Positions 21,785 to 33,109 of a DNA stretch of 64,000 nt are shown piece by piece (positions within the stretch are counted from its first letter, which is position 1; each line of letters begins with the position of its first letter). A program made the position numbers and the translations under genes. The notes below the pieces were generated by a model. It saw only the letters and a list, made by a program, of their open reading frames with translations, was not told where the DNA came from and did not search any database. Source of the DNA: Sanchytrium tribonematis (taxonomy: Eukaryota); the NCBI GenBank assembly GCA_018985235.1, contig JADGIG010000001.1:1-64000 (forward strand), written 5' to 3'.

Positions 21785-22315
21785 TTAAAGTTTCAATTCA
21801 CCTCTTATTAATTTATATTTGTTAGGCAAAAACTGCTTAAATGTCCTTCCTTTTTCAAGATCCACAACAATACGTTTTTGTTTAATAGTTTTAGGACACC
21901 CTCGTAATGCTTTCCGGGCGTCTTGCTCGTTGCTGAATTCAACAAAAGCATAGTGAGCCCTTTTGGTCATTATAATTCTAACATGCACAATTTTTCCAAA
22001 GCGCTCCAATATATCGAGTAAATCATTTTTGTTAATATCTTTGGGAAGCCTCCCCAGAAAGAGAGTTGAGAAGGCATTTTTTGTCTTTTCCGCATCTTTG
22101 TCGTTTCTATGCTCGAATTGTTGCTTAAGTTTTTCCTTGTATGCAATTTTGTCCTCTGAGGTATCCATCAATTCCACATTTTGAAGACCGTCCAGAAATG
22201 GTCTTGAAGGGCCAAAACCTATTTTTCGCTCAATTTTAGTTACAGGTGGTAAATAATCTAATGCGGGTCGCGGTGCAAATAATTTTAATAGAGGTCTAGG
22301 TAGAGTCGACGTCAT
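21785..22315 (-). CDS. SNP1: U1 snRNP 70K protein, short form (176 aa)
   Basis: MTSTLPRPLLKLFAPRP N-terminus, AFSTLFLGRL RNP2, YAFVEF RNP1, VVDLEKGRT. Confidence 0.9.
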   Translation of the reverse strand: MTSTLPRPLLKLFAPRPALDYLPPVTKIERKIGFGPSRPFLDGLQNVELMDTSEDKIAYKEKLKQQFEHRNDKDAEKTKNAFSTLFLGRLPKDINKNDLLDILERFGKIVHVRIIMTKRAHYAFVEFSNEQDARKALRGCPKTIKQKRIVVDLEKGRTFKQFLPNKYKLIRGELKL

Positions 22316-22676
22316 GTTGCAATAGGGGTTGCTACTTCCAAATTTCCGGAAACATCGTATTTGCTTATTCAAAGATATAAGTTTCTTTGTAATACTCTTA
22401 CAAATCTATAAATAGTCTAACTTACTTTGATCTTCTCACTGGATTTTTGAATCATATACATTTGCCATTTTAAAAATAATCGAGATGAGTTCCAAACTTA
22501 CTAGTAACAGTAGCTGGTGATATCTTCTAGTAGCCAGTGTCAGTATATTGAGATAAGGAGCTCTACTGTCGCTTTTATTAAAAAACCCTTTTTACGTCGT
22601 AGTCATTTGAGACTTACGTGTTTAAAAAACGTATTTATTGGGTTGGAACCCATTGAAACGAACTCTTTAAAGATAA

Positions 22677-23863
22677 ATGTGTTTTTGTCTCAAGTCTATC
22701 AAGAAGAAATCAGCAGTATCTGATAATTTTGAGTTACCAGACCAATTTTCCAAAAAATATGATATTGGAAGCCTTTTAGGAAGTGGGGGATTTGGAAAAG
22801 TTTATAATGGAGCACTAAAATTGAACCAAAAAGAGGTTGTTATTAAAGTTTTAAATAAAAAGGATGAAGACCTTCCTAAAGAAGTCTTAATTCTTCAAAG
22901 ATTAACCTCTCATCCAAATATAATCAAACACGTGGATCATTTTTACCACAATTCCTGGTATATTATTTTGGAAAAATTTGGATATCACTGGAATGACAAT
23001 TGCTGCGATTTATTCGAGATGATTGAATACTACAATCAATTAAGAAAAGAAAGATTGCAAAGAAATGAAGTTTCAAACTTGTGTTTAACAGAAAACTCGG
23101 TCAAAAAAATTATCAAACAACTTGTTCAAGCTGTTGAATTTCTTAGGCATAATAATGTTCTTCATCGGGATATCAAAGACGAGAATATTCTTGTAGACCA
23201 GAATATGAATATCAAATTGGCCGATTTTGGGTCTGCAACACTTTTAGGAATGTCGAATAAAGATAGGCGACAATTTACTGACGAGATCGAGCTGAACCGA
23301 TTTGGCGGTGTATTTTCGCAATTTATGGGTACGATACAATATGTAATTCATTATTTATTTAGGCGTCTCCCGAAGTTGTTAAGTATAGTGCATATTGTGG
23401 ATTCTTTCAGGAAGTCTGGTCAATTGGTATTTTGATGTTTACCATGCTATTCGGTTATTCACCTTTCCAAAACAGAGAAGAAATATTATACCGTCAACTG
23501 CTTTTTAATGGATTGAAACCTAAAGACACTGATTGTATATCTGAAGATTGTAAAAACATACTCTTGGGTTGTCTTTCCCGAAATATGCTGGAAAGACTTA
23601 CAATTAGTGATTTGGTGGAATCGAATTGGCTAGAGTACTTTCCGCTACCATATAGCGAGTCAAATGTATCATGGGACAGCGGTCCAATTAATTTATATCA
23701 TATTTATTCTCTTGATCGATATCGAAGCTGGTCTTTTGTCAGACGGATTGGAGAACCATTTGAAATACTATATAATCTTTATGCTAAGAAAGACAAAGTA
23801 CCGGACTCATTTGTAAATCGTATCTCGAGAAAGGACACCAAACTTGGACTGGCTACTAAGTAA
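22677..23863 (+). CDS. Ser/Thr protein kinase (PIM/PAS-kinase-like CAMK group); exons 22677-23342 and 23363-23863
   Basis: LGSGGFGKV, VVIK, DLFEMIE, HRDIKDENIL, DFGSA, spliced GTIQY-ASPEV, EVWSIG. Confidence 0.9.
23343..23362 (+). other. 20-nt spliceosomal intron GTAATTCATTATTTATTTAG (phase 0)
   Basis: Removal restores kinase subdomain VIII GTIQYASPE and joins the next ORF. Confidence 0.93.
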
Positions 23864-23878
23864 AATAATTTGTATTTA

Positions 23879-24691
23879 CTAAACTTCTTGAACTAAGTCT
23901 GGCGAGCTTGTAGGAGAAACACCCATTGAAATTTTCGGAATTATAGAGCTTAGCAATAATCGTTGTCGCAGCAAAATACCTGTCATGGGGACAAGGAAAT
24001 ACAAAGATAAGGTCGACATTGAAAAACCGATTTCATACATCATTGAATAGTATACAGAAGATGATTCGGAGATTAGTGCGTTAATTAACGCAATAATCAG
24101 CAACACGAAACCAGTAATAGCTACACCTGTCAATATCACAATGCTTAATTTAATCAAAAAAAGCTTTTTAAGAGCCTTTAATGCTTCCATGCTAGCCTCG
24201 ATATCACTGCCAATAGCATATTTAATATTTCTAAGTTTGGTATAGAATAAAATTTCCAAAATACTTTCAGAGATAAAATTCCACAAGTAAAATCCTATGA
24301 CTACAAAAACGAAAGCCTCGGGTCCAAAAAATGCGAATAGCATTGCTGGGCAAATAGTAAAAGGAACATATCCCCACAACAGATTCTTAGCAGTGACTTC
24401 ATTTCCGACATGCTTATATGCATCTGAAAACACCTCATGAGCTCTGTATATTGCAACAAAAGAGCATATCACAGCAAAGAACAAGAATAAAAAGCAAAAT
24501 ATATACTCATCAACGAACTCATCGCACCACAAGCTCCACAAAAAGTTTGCAACCAAGGTACAAGATAGAGTTCCATACATGAATCGAATAGGAGAATCAG
24601 ATTCTGGATGCTTGGATCGATGTTGTTCCAAAACTTTGAATGTATACGAATATAACAACAAGGTTAAAACTGAAGCAATGATAAAAATCAT
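23879..24691 (-). CDS. Hypothetical multi-pass (about 7 TM) membrane protein
   Basis: Seven hydrophobic segments; first ATG at 24691. Confidence 0.65.
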   Translation of the reverse strand: MIFIIASVLTLLLYSYTFKVLEQHRSKHPESDSPIRFMYGTLSCTLVANFLWSLWCDEFVDEYIFCFLFLFFAVICSFVAIYRAHEVFSDAYKHVGNEVTAKNLLWGYVPFTICPAMLFAFFGPEAFVFVVIGFYLWNFISESILEILFYTKLRNIKYAIGSDIEASMEALKALKKLFLIKLSIVILTGVAITGFVLLIIALINALISESSSVYYSMMYEIGFSMSTLSLYFLVPMTGILLRQRLLLSSIIPKISMGVSPTSSPDLVQEV

Positions 24692-24806
24692 TGTACAAAA
24701 AACAAGCCACAAAGCGCGTCAAAGGTCAATTTGCTGTCCCACTCATTTAAAGTATTGAGTCCTTGCTGTTCAGATTAAAAATTTTCCTTGTTTGACGTTT
24801 TCTAAA

Positions 24807-27649
24807 ATGTGGACAGTTGATATGGTTCGAAAAACATTTTGTGAATATTTTAGCCAAAAGCAAAAGCATCAAGTCGTAGCATCCTGTCCAGTTGTCTTGA
24901 ATGATCCAACCTTGCTATTTACCAATGCGGGAATGAATCCTTTCAAACCTTATTTTTTGGGACTTCAAGAACCAACTAATAAGCGGGTGTGCAATTTTCA
25001 AAAGTGCATTAGAGCAGGTGGAAAACACAATGACTTGGAAGATGTCGGTGCAGATTCTTATCACCACACATTTTTTGAGATGTTGGGAAATTGGTCATTT
25101 GGAGACTATTTTAAAAAGGAAGCAATTGAATGGGCATGGGATTTATTGGTAAACCACTATAAATTGGACAAGTCAAGGTTATATGTTACTGTTTACAAAG
25201 GAAATGATAGTGTTCCTAAAGACAACGAAGCAGTAAAAATATGGTCAGAGCTGCTTCCTTCCAATAGAATTTTAGAATTTGATGATAAAGATAATTTTTG
25301 GGAAATGGGAGCTGTAGGCCCTTGTGGACCTTGTACGGAAATTCACTATGACTTAGTAGGGAATAGAGATGCATCAAAGCTTGTCAATATGGATGATCCT
25401 CAAGTCATCGAAATCTGGAATCTTGTATTTATTCAATACGATAGACAATCTGATGGGAGTTTAAAGACGCTACCAAATAAGCACGTTGATACTGGTATGG
25501 GTCTGGAGAGATTAAGCTGCATTTTGCAACAAAAACACTCGAATTATGACATTGACACATTTCAAAGAATTTTTAATAAAATCGAAGAGCTGACGAATCA
25601 AAGACCATATTCAGGAAAATTCGGAAAAGAAGATAAGGATGGTATTGATACTGCTTACCGGGTAATTGCTGATCATATAAGAACTCTTTGTTTTGCAATT
25701 GGGGATCAGGTTATTCCAAGTAATGAAGGAAGAGGTTATGTCTTGAGACGAATTTTAAGACGAGGTGTTAACTATGCGCGTAAATTGGGAGTACAACCAA
25801 ATTCATTTTTTGCATCGCTTGTAGATGAGTTAGTTCTAATTTATGGACACGTTTATCCAGAACTCATTTCACAACAAGAAGCTATTAAAGAAGTTTTACA
25901 CGACGAAGAACGAACGTTTGCCAAAACTCTTGATAGGGGCATTAAATTATTTAATGCAGTTGTTCAAGACACTAAGAATTCTCATACCATTAGTGGGAAA
26001 GATGTCTTTAAATTGTATGATACTTTTGGATTTCCGGTAGATTTAACAAAAATACTAGCCAAAGAGAATGGATTTCAAGTCGATGATGTGCAGTTTGAAA
26101 AAGAAATGGAATTGGCAAGAGAGAGAAGCCGCAAAATTGAAACTAGCGCAGAGAAGCAAGTGAAACTAGATACTCATTTAATCACCAAGCTGCAAGAAAT
26201 TGGTATTCAAGATACGGAGGACTCGTACAAATACGGCACTGTGAATGATGATGGATTGGATTGTAAAGTGTTAAACATTTTTCATCCGGACCACCAATTT
26301 ATGGATCAATTTGAAGGTGAAGATGTCATTGGAGTGATTCTTAGTAAGTCTTGTTGCTATGCAGAATCTGGAGGCCAACTTGGAGACAAAGGTACGATAA
26401 ACGCTGACGAATTTAGCTTTAATATTTTAGATACGCAGAAATTTAACCAATATGTATTACATGTCGGCAAAGTTGCAGACGGAAAACTGAAAGTTGGAAT
26501 CGAAGGTAAGATTTCAGTAGATATGACATATCGGAAGCCTTTGGTACAACATCATACTGCCACTCACATTTTAAATTTTGCCCTCAGAAAAGTTTTAGGT
26601 TCCGATTGTGATCAAAAAGGATCTTTAGTTGCATCAGATAAATTGAGATTCGATTTTTCATATGGCAAACAGCTCAAAATAGAAGAACTGCAAAACATAG
26701 AGAAAATTTGTAACGACGAAATTAAAAAAGCCAAGATTATATATGCGCAAGAGGTTTCCTTATCTGTTGCTCGTCTTATCTCTGGATTAAGAGCAGTATT
26801 TGGAGAAGTGTATCCTGATCCTGTTCGTGTTGTTTCTGTGGGAGCCGATATCGTTGAGATTCTAAAAGATCCTCAAAACAAAAGGTGGCAAGACTATTCA
26901 ATAGAATTTTGTGGTGGAACACACGCTAGAAACTCGAAAGATATTTCTGATTTTCTTCTTTTGGAAGAATCTTCCATTGCGAAGGGAGTTCGACGCATAA
27001 TTGCTGTAACAGGATCTCTAACAAAAGAATATCATTTGAAAGCCAACGATTATTGGGACAGATTTCTAATGATTAAGAAATTGCAATTAGAAGATCCAGA
27101 ACTAGAAAGCAATTTGAAGCAGTTCGGAAAAAGTATCGATGAGGCTGCGTTGCCTTTACTAGAAAAACATAGACTTCGAGAAGAGTTCAACGCACTAAAA
27201 AAGGAATTTGTCGAATTTGAAAAAGGAAGAAAGCAAATTTTGCTCTCGCGATTGTCCGAATCTGTTCTAAATTACTTTCAAACAAATGTGGAAAATGACG
27301 TATATCTTACAATTGTCAATTTTGGAGACGACAAAAAGCTTTTAGCTCAAGCTTTTGCCCCATTAAAAGATCTAAAGGGCAAAGGTATGATTCTTCTCAA
27401 TTTTGACAAGTTGAATGGTAAGGTGGCATTTCAAGCGCAAATAACTAAGGTTAATTTGTATTTACTTAGGATCTGACTAAAAAGGGATACTCAGCTAAAA
27501 GTATTTTGGAGCCTGTAGCAAAACATTTCGGTGCTAAGATGGGTGGTCGAGAAGAAAATGCTCAAGGCCAAGGCAATTGTTCTGAAATTGAGCAAGTTGA
27601 ACAGGCAAAATTAATAATTGAACAGCATTTGGCAAATTTAAAAAAATAA
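24807..27649 (+). CDS. ALA1: Alanyl-tRNA synthetase; exons 24807-27449 and 27470-27649
   Basis: DPTLLFTNAGM, HHTFFEMLGNWSFGDYFK, HTATH, EFCGGTH; exon 2 supplies the C-terminal GG...AQGQG. Confidence 0.97.
27450..27469 (+). other. 20-nt spliceosomal intron GTTAATTTGTATTTACTTAG (phase 0)
   Basis: Removal adds the C-Ala GGREENAQG segment in frame. Confidence 0.88.
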
Positions 27650-27651
27650 AA

Positions 27652-28020
27652 TTAATTTGGGACAAGATAGCCAAGAAAGCAGGAATCCAGTAGCATATCA
27701 GCATTAACCCATTGATGATATTTCTGAAATTTTTTGGTTCCGTCTCTTCCTGCCACCGAAAATAACATCTCGTAGCCTCCTGGATGAAATTTTAAATATG
27801 GTGTTATATTATAAACTTTGCCCATAATCGCAGTCCATGCATCGTTTTTTGCTTTATGCTTGGACAAATCTTCCAAAGTATATCTTTGTGGTCCAGTCCA
27901 GCCTTCTCTTAAGTTTTTAGTCTTTTTTAATCTAGCCCAGTCAAGAGGAGAATAGCCTGGCTCTAATATAAATTTTTGTCTCGATATAACAGTTTCTGGA
28001 ACTCCCAAATTATTATTCAT
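27652..28020 (-). CDS. Cytochrome b5-domain protein (Irc21/CYB5R4 N-terminal-like)
   Basis: LEPGYSPLDWARL, KVYNITPYLKFHPGG, YHQWVN. Confidence 0.85.
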   Translation of the reverse strand: MNNNLGVPETVISRQKFILEPGYSPLDWARLKKTKNLREGWTGPQRYTLEDLSKHKAKNDAWTAIMGKVYNITPYLKFHPGGYEMLFSVAGRDGTKKFQKYHQWVNADMLLDSCFLGYLVPN

Positions 28021-28101
28021 GAGAGGGTGTTTCAAAGATCATAAAATTAATAGCAAAAAATAAAAAAATGTTTAATTTTTATTTCATATCTAAACAAAAC
28101 A

Positions 28102-28644
28102 TTACTTTTTATCCTTTTTTATGAATTTTGTATATATAAACACCAGGACAGTCACAACGACCACTGTGCGGAAGCTTATTGCAGAGGTCACATCAAGCTT
28201 CATTCTTTCTATTTCAGTTTTCACTTCACTTGAGTGCACTTCCAATTTGTTATTGACTTCCTGAGTTCTCATTTCTAAAATGTTAAGCTCCTCTCTTATC
28301 TCATTTTTTCTGTTATTCATTTCTATTTGCATATCAGATTTTAAATTGCTCATTTCTTGCTTTAGTTCGTCGCCCAACTGCAGCAAATTGTTGTGTATTT
28401 GCGTAGTCTGCGTATTTAAGCCCACATGCTCAGTTTGTCGTATAGATCTTAATTCATTTTTCAATTCAGTCAAGTTTGATTTGTATAAAATTCCGTCACA
28501 ATCAAATCGCGATTTTCCCAATAAAATAGATCTAAGACTTCTATTTTTAATATCTACCAATTCCCTGATGGTATTTGTTAATATGACACTGCTTTTTGAT
28601 GGAAAAACCCGACTTAGGACTTTATAAACTTGAAAAGTATTCAT
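28102..28644 (-). CDS. Mitochondrial CCDC90/MCUR1 (DUF1640) coiled-coil protein
   Basis: Long coiled coil ending EVKTEIERMK followed by a C-terminal TM helix. Confidence 0.7.
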   Translation of the reverse strand: MNTFQVYKVLSRVFPSKSSVILTNTIRELVDIKNRSLRSILLGKSRFDCDGILYKSNLTELKNELRSIRQTEHVGLNTQTTQIHNNLLQLGDELKQEMSNLKSDMQIEMNNRKNEIREELNILEMRTQEVNNKLEVHSSEVKTEIERMKLDVTSAISFRTVVVVTVLVFIYTKFIKKDKK

Positions 28645-28776
28645 GTAATATTTAGTGTTTCAAGAACAATTTGTATAATAATCAATTCCGGGAGTATTTT
28701 TATCACAATGCGATGTAACGAATAAGACTTGGAGTAATTTCGTATATGTGCAAAATTACGAGCTAGGGTCAAACAA

Positions 28777-29343
28777 ATGGCAGACACAATTGGTGACAAT
28801 ATACAATGGAGGGCAAAGCAACATGATAGAAAGAAAAAAAGAATGCAGCAGATATCTGAAGAAAATTTAAAGTTGTTAGATGGAACCGTAAAAGGACAGT
28901 ATGATTATGTATTAGCTCGTGCACATCAGTGCGAAATAAAATTAGAAAAATTGAGCATTGAGCGATTTGTAGAAGAAAGTAGCAAACTTATAGAAAATTT
29001 AGGGCTCACCGTCATTGTTGCTTCTGGAGCTTTGAGATGCATTGCAATAATTAAAAATCTAAAACATGAGCACAATTGTGTTGCCAAACTATTTGCGAAG
29101 CATCTCAAAATCGATGAGCAGGTAAAATTTTTAAATAAGCCCGAATGTTATTTGGGTGTGGGCACACCTCAAAGGATACTAAAATTACCCATTGAGCCCA
29201 AATTAATTATTTTCGACGCGAGTTATGTTGATATGAAAAAAAAAACTATTTTCGATCACAAGGATATTAGAATTGATGCACTTAAATGCGTAGATGAATA
29301 TCCGAATGCTAAAATTTGCTTGTGGTCGCGAAGTATCGAATAA
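28777..29343 (+). CDS. CMS1: Cms1/CMSS1 90S pre-ribosome factor
   Basis: SGALRC, AKLFAKHLKIDEQV, VGTPQRI, DASYVDMKK. Confidence 0.85.
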   Translation: MADTIGDNIQWRAKQHDRKKKRMQQISEENLKLLDGTVKGQYDYVLARAHQCEIKLEKLSIERFVEESSKLIENLGLTVIVASGALRCIAIIKNLKHEHNCVAKLFAKHLKIDEQVKFLNKPECYLGVGTPQRILKLPIEPKLIIFDASYVDMKKKTIFDHKDIRIDALKCVDEYPNAKICLWSRSIE

Positions 29344-29379
29344 ATAATTTATTAATATACAATTAAAACAAATTCTCTT

Positions 29380-29706
29380 ATGAAACAAAAAAATTTGGCA
29401 AATCTAACATACAATTTTAAAGTTCAGTCTTACTCAAAAGGCGTCATTGCTTTAATTGCAGGGTCCTCTGCGGGTTACCTAGGATTTCAAGGTTTGTATG
29501 GTCTATATTATTGGTGTGCTTGGAGCTTACTTGGAAGCATGATAGAGATATTGAAAACTCAAGGCAATCCAGACAAGTACTTCTCAGAACGCACAAATTT
29601 AGTCTCATACGTCGCCACCACTTATGTTTCTTTGACGGCTAGTCTGGGTCTAACATACGTACTCTTTTGGACCTTCTTTTACAATATTATTCATGTCTAC
29701 CAATGA
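29380..29706 (+). CDS. EMC6: ER membrane complex subunit 6
   Basis: AGSSAGYLGFQGLYG and TYVLFWTFFYNIIHVY. Confidence 0.88.
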   Translation: MKQKNLANLTYNFKVQSYSKGVIALIAGSSAGYLGFQGLYGLYYWCAWSLLGSMIEILKTQGNPDKYFSERTNLVSYVATTYVSLTASLGLTYVLFWTFFYNIIHVYQ

Positions 29707-29767
29707 TATGGATGATCAAATAAAATTATAAATCAAATTGAGTCATTTAGAGTTTACTAAGGGATAG

Positions 29768-30640
29768 TCAGTTTGAAGCGGAAATAAAAAACCATTTATC
29801 AACCGAAGGGTCGATAGCGGCATCAGGTTGGACATCAGCGGCTGGAACTTTGCCTAATTCTTCTCCTTTCACTCTATATGGAGATTCTACAACAGCTGCA
29901 TTTGCTGTGCTAATTTCATATTTTTCAGTTTTGTTTGGAACTACATTTAATATAAGTTTTTTCCAATCTTCATGACAGCTTGAAATAATGTCATTTGCAT
30001 AAAGTCGACCTTTCGCGATGCCTCCAAAAGCAAATACATTTTCTTTCTTACCATCTGGAATCTTGTAAATTCTAAACCATTCATTTGTAGCTCTCATCAA
30101 ACCCGGCATATACTTTTCCACATCCTCTATATCGTGTAGCTTTGAGGCCAATGGATCCGTCACATCTATAACGATGATTTTCCAATCGGTTTCACCTTCA
30201 TCAAGTAATGCAACGCAACCCAAAACTTTCACTTGTTTTACCTGGCCAACGTAACCTACTCGCTCACCAATTTCGCATACGTCCAATGGATCGTTATCCC
30301 CAGCTGCTTTAGTATCAGGGTGAATGTGGGTTGGATCTTCCCAAGTCTGAGGAAATGCACCGTAGTTCCAAATATATCCTTTGTGAGGGAAGCAATTTCT
30401 CACAAATCTCACTTTTCCTTTTTTAATGTCCTGGGTGATAGGATTAAGCAAATTAGTTTTACTAATTTCCATTTTTGCATTGGTCCATCTTGGCACTTCT
30501 ACAATCATGTTCAAAATTCCATTTGCTTTGTCCGCATACAATGGAATATCGTGGAAAGGACTAATCGGCTTATCATCAACTTGCAAATATAATTTATATT
30601 CTTCGGTATGTTTTGCTCCAACTTGTCTTAGAGAATACAT
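29768..30640 (-). CDS. IPP1: Inorganic pyrophosphatase (possible longer start at 30685)
   Basis: [45 protein letters not shown]. Confidence 0.96.
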   Translation of the reverse strand: MYSLRQVGAKHTEEYKLYLQVDDKPISPFHDIPLYADKANGILNMIVEVPRWTNAKMEISKTNLLNPITQDIKKGKVRFVRNCFPHKGYIWNYGAFPQTWEDPTHIHPDTKAAGDNDPLDVCEIGERVGYVGQVKQVKVLGCVALLDEGETDWKIIVIDVTDPLASKLHDIEDVEKYMPGLMRATNEWFRIYKIPDGKKENVFAFGGIAKGRLYANDIISSCHEDWKKLILNVVPNKTEKYEISTANAAVVESPYRVKGEELGKVPAADVQPDAAIDPSVDKWFFISASN

Positions 30641-30696
30641 CAATCTCTTGGAAAACGTTTGAAAAATCCCCGTGTTGATATTCATTATAATCCTAT

Positions 30697-31830
30697 ATGG
30701 AAACTCTAAGTATATGCAGCCAATGCAAGCAAAATCAGCCATTTATATGCCTTTCATGTGTTCAAAAAGAAAAGAATACGCTCAGAACTCAGCTACCAGA
30801 TTTACGTAAACAATATGGAATTCTAGAAAAGAAACTTCAGCCACAGAATTGGAATAATTCTTTTACTCTTTTCAAGCACTGGAGAGATGTTTTCATTACC
30901 AAATGTCAAATCGAACGGCGAAAAATAGGTGAATTACAAGCTAAAATCAACGCTTTGAGGTCTAAAATTTATTTTGAAATTCCCAACCACCCAAAAGTCG
31001 ACGAGGTCGATATAAATAATAATTTTACAAAAATTCAAAAATTCAAGGAAACTCAGGTTTTAGATTTGAGGTTCAAATTGCAGATCGACTTTTACCATTC
31101 GTTGGATATGTACTCAAGTTATCGAAATGACACTGCCTATGCTAATATTATAGGTAGTATACCCTGCCCCATTCAAATCAGCGTTTTTCAGCTTCCTATT
31201 GAGGATTTGTTAGGAATTTTAGGGCACTCTTGTTTAGTTTTAAAATTATTTGAAAAGTTTTACGGAATTGAATTACAATTTGACTATCAATTAAGGAACA
31301 GTCATTCAAAAGTTTCTGTTCATCATAACATGTCAGGCATTCCTGTTTTGCAGGAATATGAGTATGATTTATATATACCGGAATCAGTATTCCATTGGAA
31401 AAACGAAAAAGACGAAAATTTGGATGTGAATTACATCAAAAATTTTATTATAGCAATTAGCCTGTTGATTTACGAAATATCTTGCTTATACGAAATCCAA
31501 GATATGATGCATTTCATAAAGAATCCATTTTCTCTTCTTCTAAATCCTCCCAACGAAGCTAAATACGACAGGCAAGTTTTGGAAATCATGAAGCTTGTGG
31601 TAGAGGAATTTCTCAAAGTACCTGCATTTAATAATTTGCTAGAACAAGTATTAAGACCGTCCGGATATGGAATGATAAATGAAATCTCGTCGGAATCTTC
31701 AACTCATTCATTGGAAGACTATACCATTCTGAAAGTTACTGAAGAGCAGCCACATCAGATCACTGAAATCTGGGAAGATCTTAAGTATCATTTAAAACTT
31801 CTTCATCCACCTTTCGATATTTTAAATTAA
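30697..31830 (+). CDS. Possible Atg14/Vps38-like PI3K complex subunit
   Basis: N-terminal CxxC..CxxC, coiled coil, then LGH..L BARA-like region. Confidence 0.5.
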   Translation: METLSICSQCKQNQPFICLSCVQKEKNTLRTQLPDLRKQYGILEKKLQPQNWNNSFTLFKHWRDVFITKCQIERRKIGELQAKINALRSKIYFEIPNHPKVDEVDINNNFTKIQKFKETQVLDLRFKLQIDFYHSLDMYSSYRNDTAYANIIGSIPCPIQISVFQLPIEDLLGILGHSCLVLKLFEKFYGIELQFDYQLRNSHSKVSVHHNMSGIPVLQEYEYDLYIPESVFHWKNEKDENLDVNYIKNFIIAISLLIYEISCLYEIQDMMHFIKNPFSLLLNPPNEAKYDRQVLEIMKLVVEEFLKVPAFNNLLEQVLRPSGYGMINEISSESSTHSLEDYTILKVTEEQPHQITEIWEDLKYHLKLLHPPFDILN

Positions 31831-31880
31831 ATTATAGAAGCTTTTGAATTTGAGGTCGAATAAAACAATTCCCCGTGTTT

Positions 31881-32649
31881 ATGCTTATTTTTGTTTGCTT
31901 AGCTCTGATTTTTGCCTACGACGAATTGGACTTTGAATTGTTCAATATTCACCAACAGGCGTTGAAATTATTTCCCCAAGAAAATCAGCATTATACCAAT
32001 TGGTATATTGTATTAGGTGTAGAAGGATTTTCAGACTTTAAAAAAATTAAAAAGGCCTATAAACATATTTCACTGAAATATCATCCTGATAAAATACCGA
32101 AAAAGGACCCAAGTACATTAGAAAAGGTCAATTTGAAGGAACTCAAGCCAGGGAAAGAAACTATCAAACATTTGGCCACTAACATGGCTGATCCTCATCA
32201 GTATTACAGCCTTGTAACTGTGATTTATAACACTCTGAAGCAGTCGCATAAGAAAGAAAGATATGATCATTACTTTAAATTTGGGTATTTTCGATTTATA
32301 TAGAATGCCGATCCTTAAGGATGGCGAATACAGAGTGAAGCGATATCAACCTTCAATCTGGTTCGTTTTTGCGTTTTTATTTGTTTTAAGCGTTGGTGTT
32401 CATGCTTTAGTTCTTTTCGTAAAAGATGTGCAAATTAAATCAAAATACGGTAGAATTCCAGAAGTAATGACCTTGCAAGATAAAGATGAACTGAAAAAAC
32501 TGGTTAAAAAGTATGATCTCACAAAAGAGGAAATTCAAGACAAGAGCCTTTTACAAATCAAAGAAGATATTGGGGAGTATGAGCCGTTTTCTTACAAAGA
32601 TGTATGGTTATTCAAGATTTTAAGCAAAAAAGCAGATAAAATAGAGTAA
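31881..32649 (+). CDS. ERJ5: ER membrane J-domain protein Erj5/DNAJC1-like; exons 31881-32284 and 32304-32649
   Basis: Signal peptide, D.ELF, HPD, ERYDHYFKFG-MP, RYQP then TM helix. Confidence 0.82.
32285..32303 (+). other. 19-nt spliceosomal intron GTATTTTCGATTTATATAG (phase 2)
   Basis: Joins the two overlapping ORFs as FG-MP; matches consensus. Confidence 0.9.
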
Positions 32650-32651
32650 AT

Positions 32652-33032
32652 TTACTTCAAATTATCGTAGTGCTGCTTTTCATCAATTTCACGCTCAACA
32701 TCTCGAACCAATTTGGTTAATTGCATGTCACTTTCCATTTTTGAAAGTTGTTGTCCTTTTGGAACTTCTTCTTTCTGATTAATTGACAATTGCATTGCGC
32801 GTTTTTGTCTATACATTCTTTGTTGAAGCTCCTCTTTTGGAAGTCTTTTAATAGCCTTCTTTACTGCTTCATCTTCTGTTCGAAGTAAGTCGTCATATTT
32901 CAGGCCAACTTTTCTATATCCTGCTAGATCTTGATATTTTGAAGCTATTGGAACGATAACACTGCGTAAAGAATTGGAGCTTCTTATGGTCTTGACAATT
33001 GCTTGAGTAATTTTGGAATAAACTCTCTCCAT
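32652..33032 (-). CDS. QCR7: Cytochrome bc1 complex subunit 7
   Basis: AGYRKVGLKYDDLL..E...VKKAIKRLP...RMYRQKRA. Confidence 0.92.
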   Translation of the reverse strand: MERVYSKITQAIVKTIRSSNSLRSVIVPIASKYQDLAGYRKVGLKYDDLLRTEDEAVKKAIKRLPKEELQQRMYRQKRAMQLSINQKEEVPKGQQLSKMESDMQLTKLVRDVEREIDEKQHYDNLK

Positions 33033-33109
33033 CAGAAATTTGAAACGAGGATTATAAATTTTCAAATTGATTAACGACAGTATAGCGGCGAGTTCATTCC
33101 ACTTCATAA

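Noticed and set aside
22494..22590. Plus-strand U1 snRNA starting at AAACTTAC
   Set aside because: No recognisable GAUCAC loop I, AUUGCAC loop II or downstream Sm site; kept only as an alternative in the findings.
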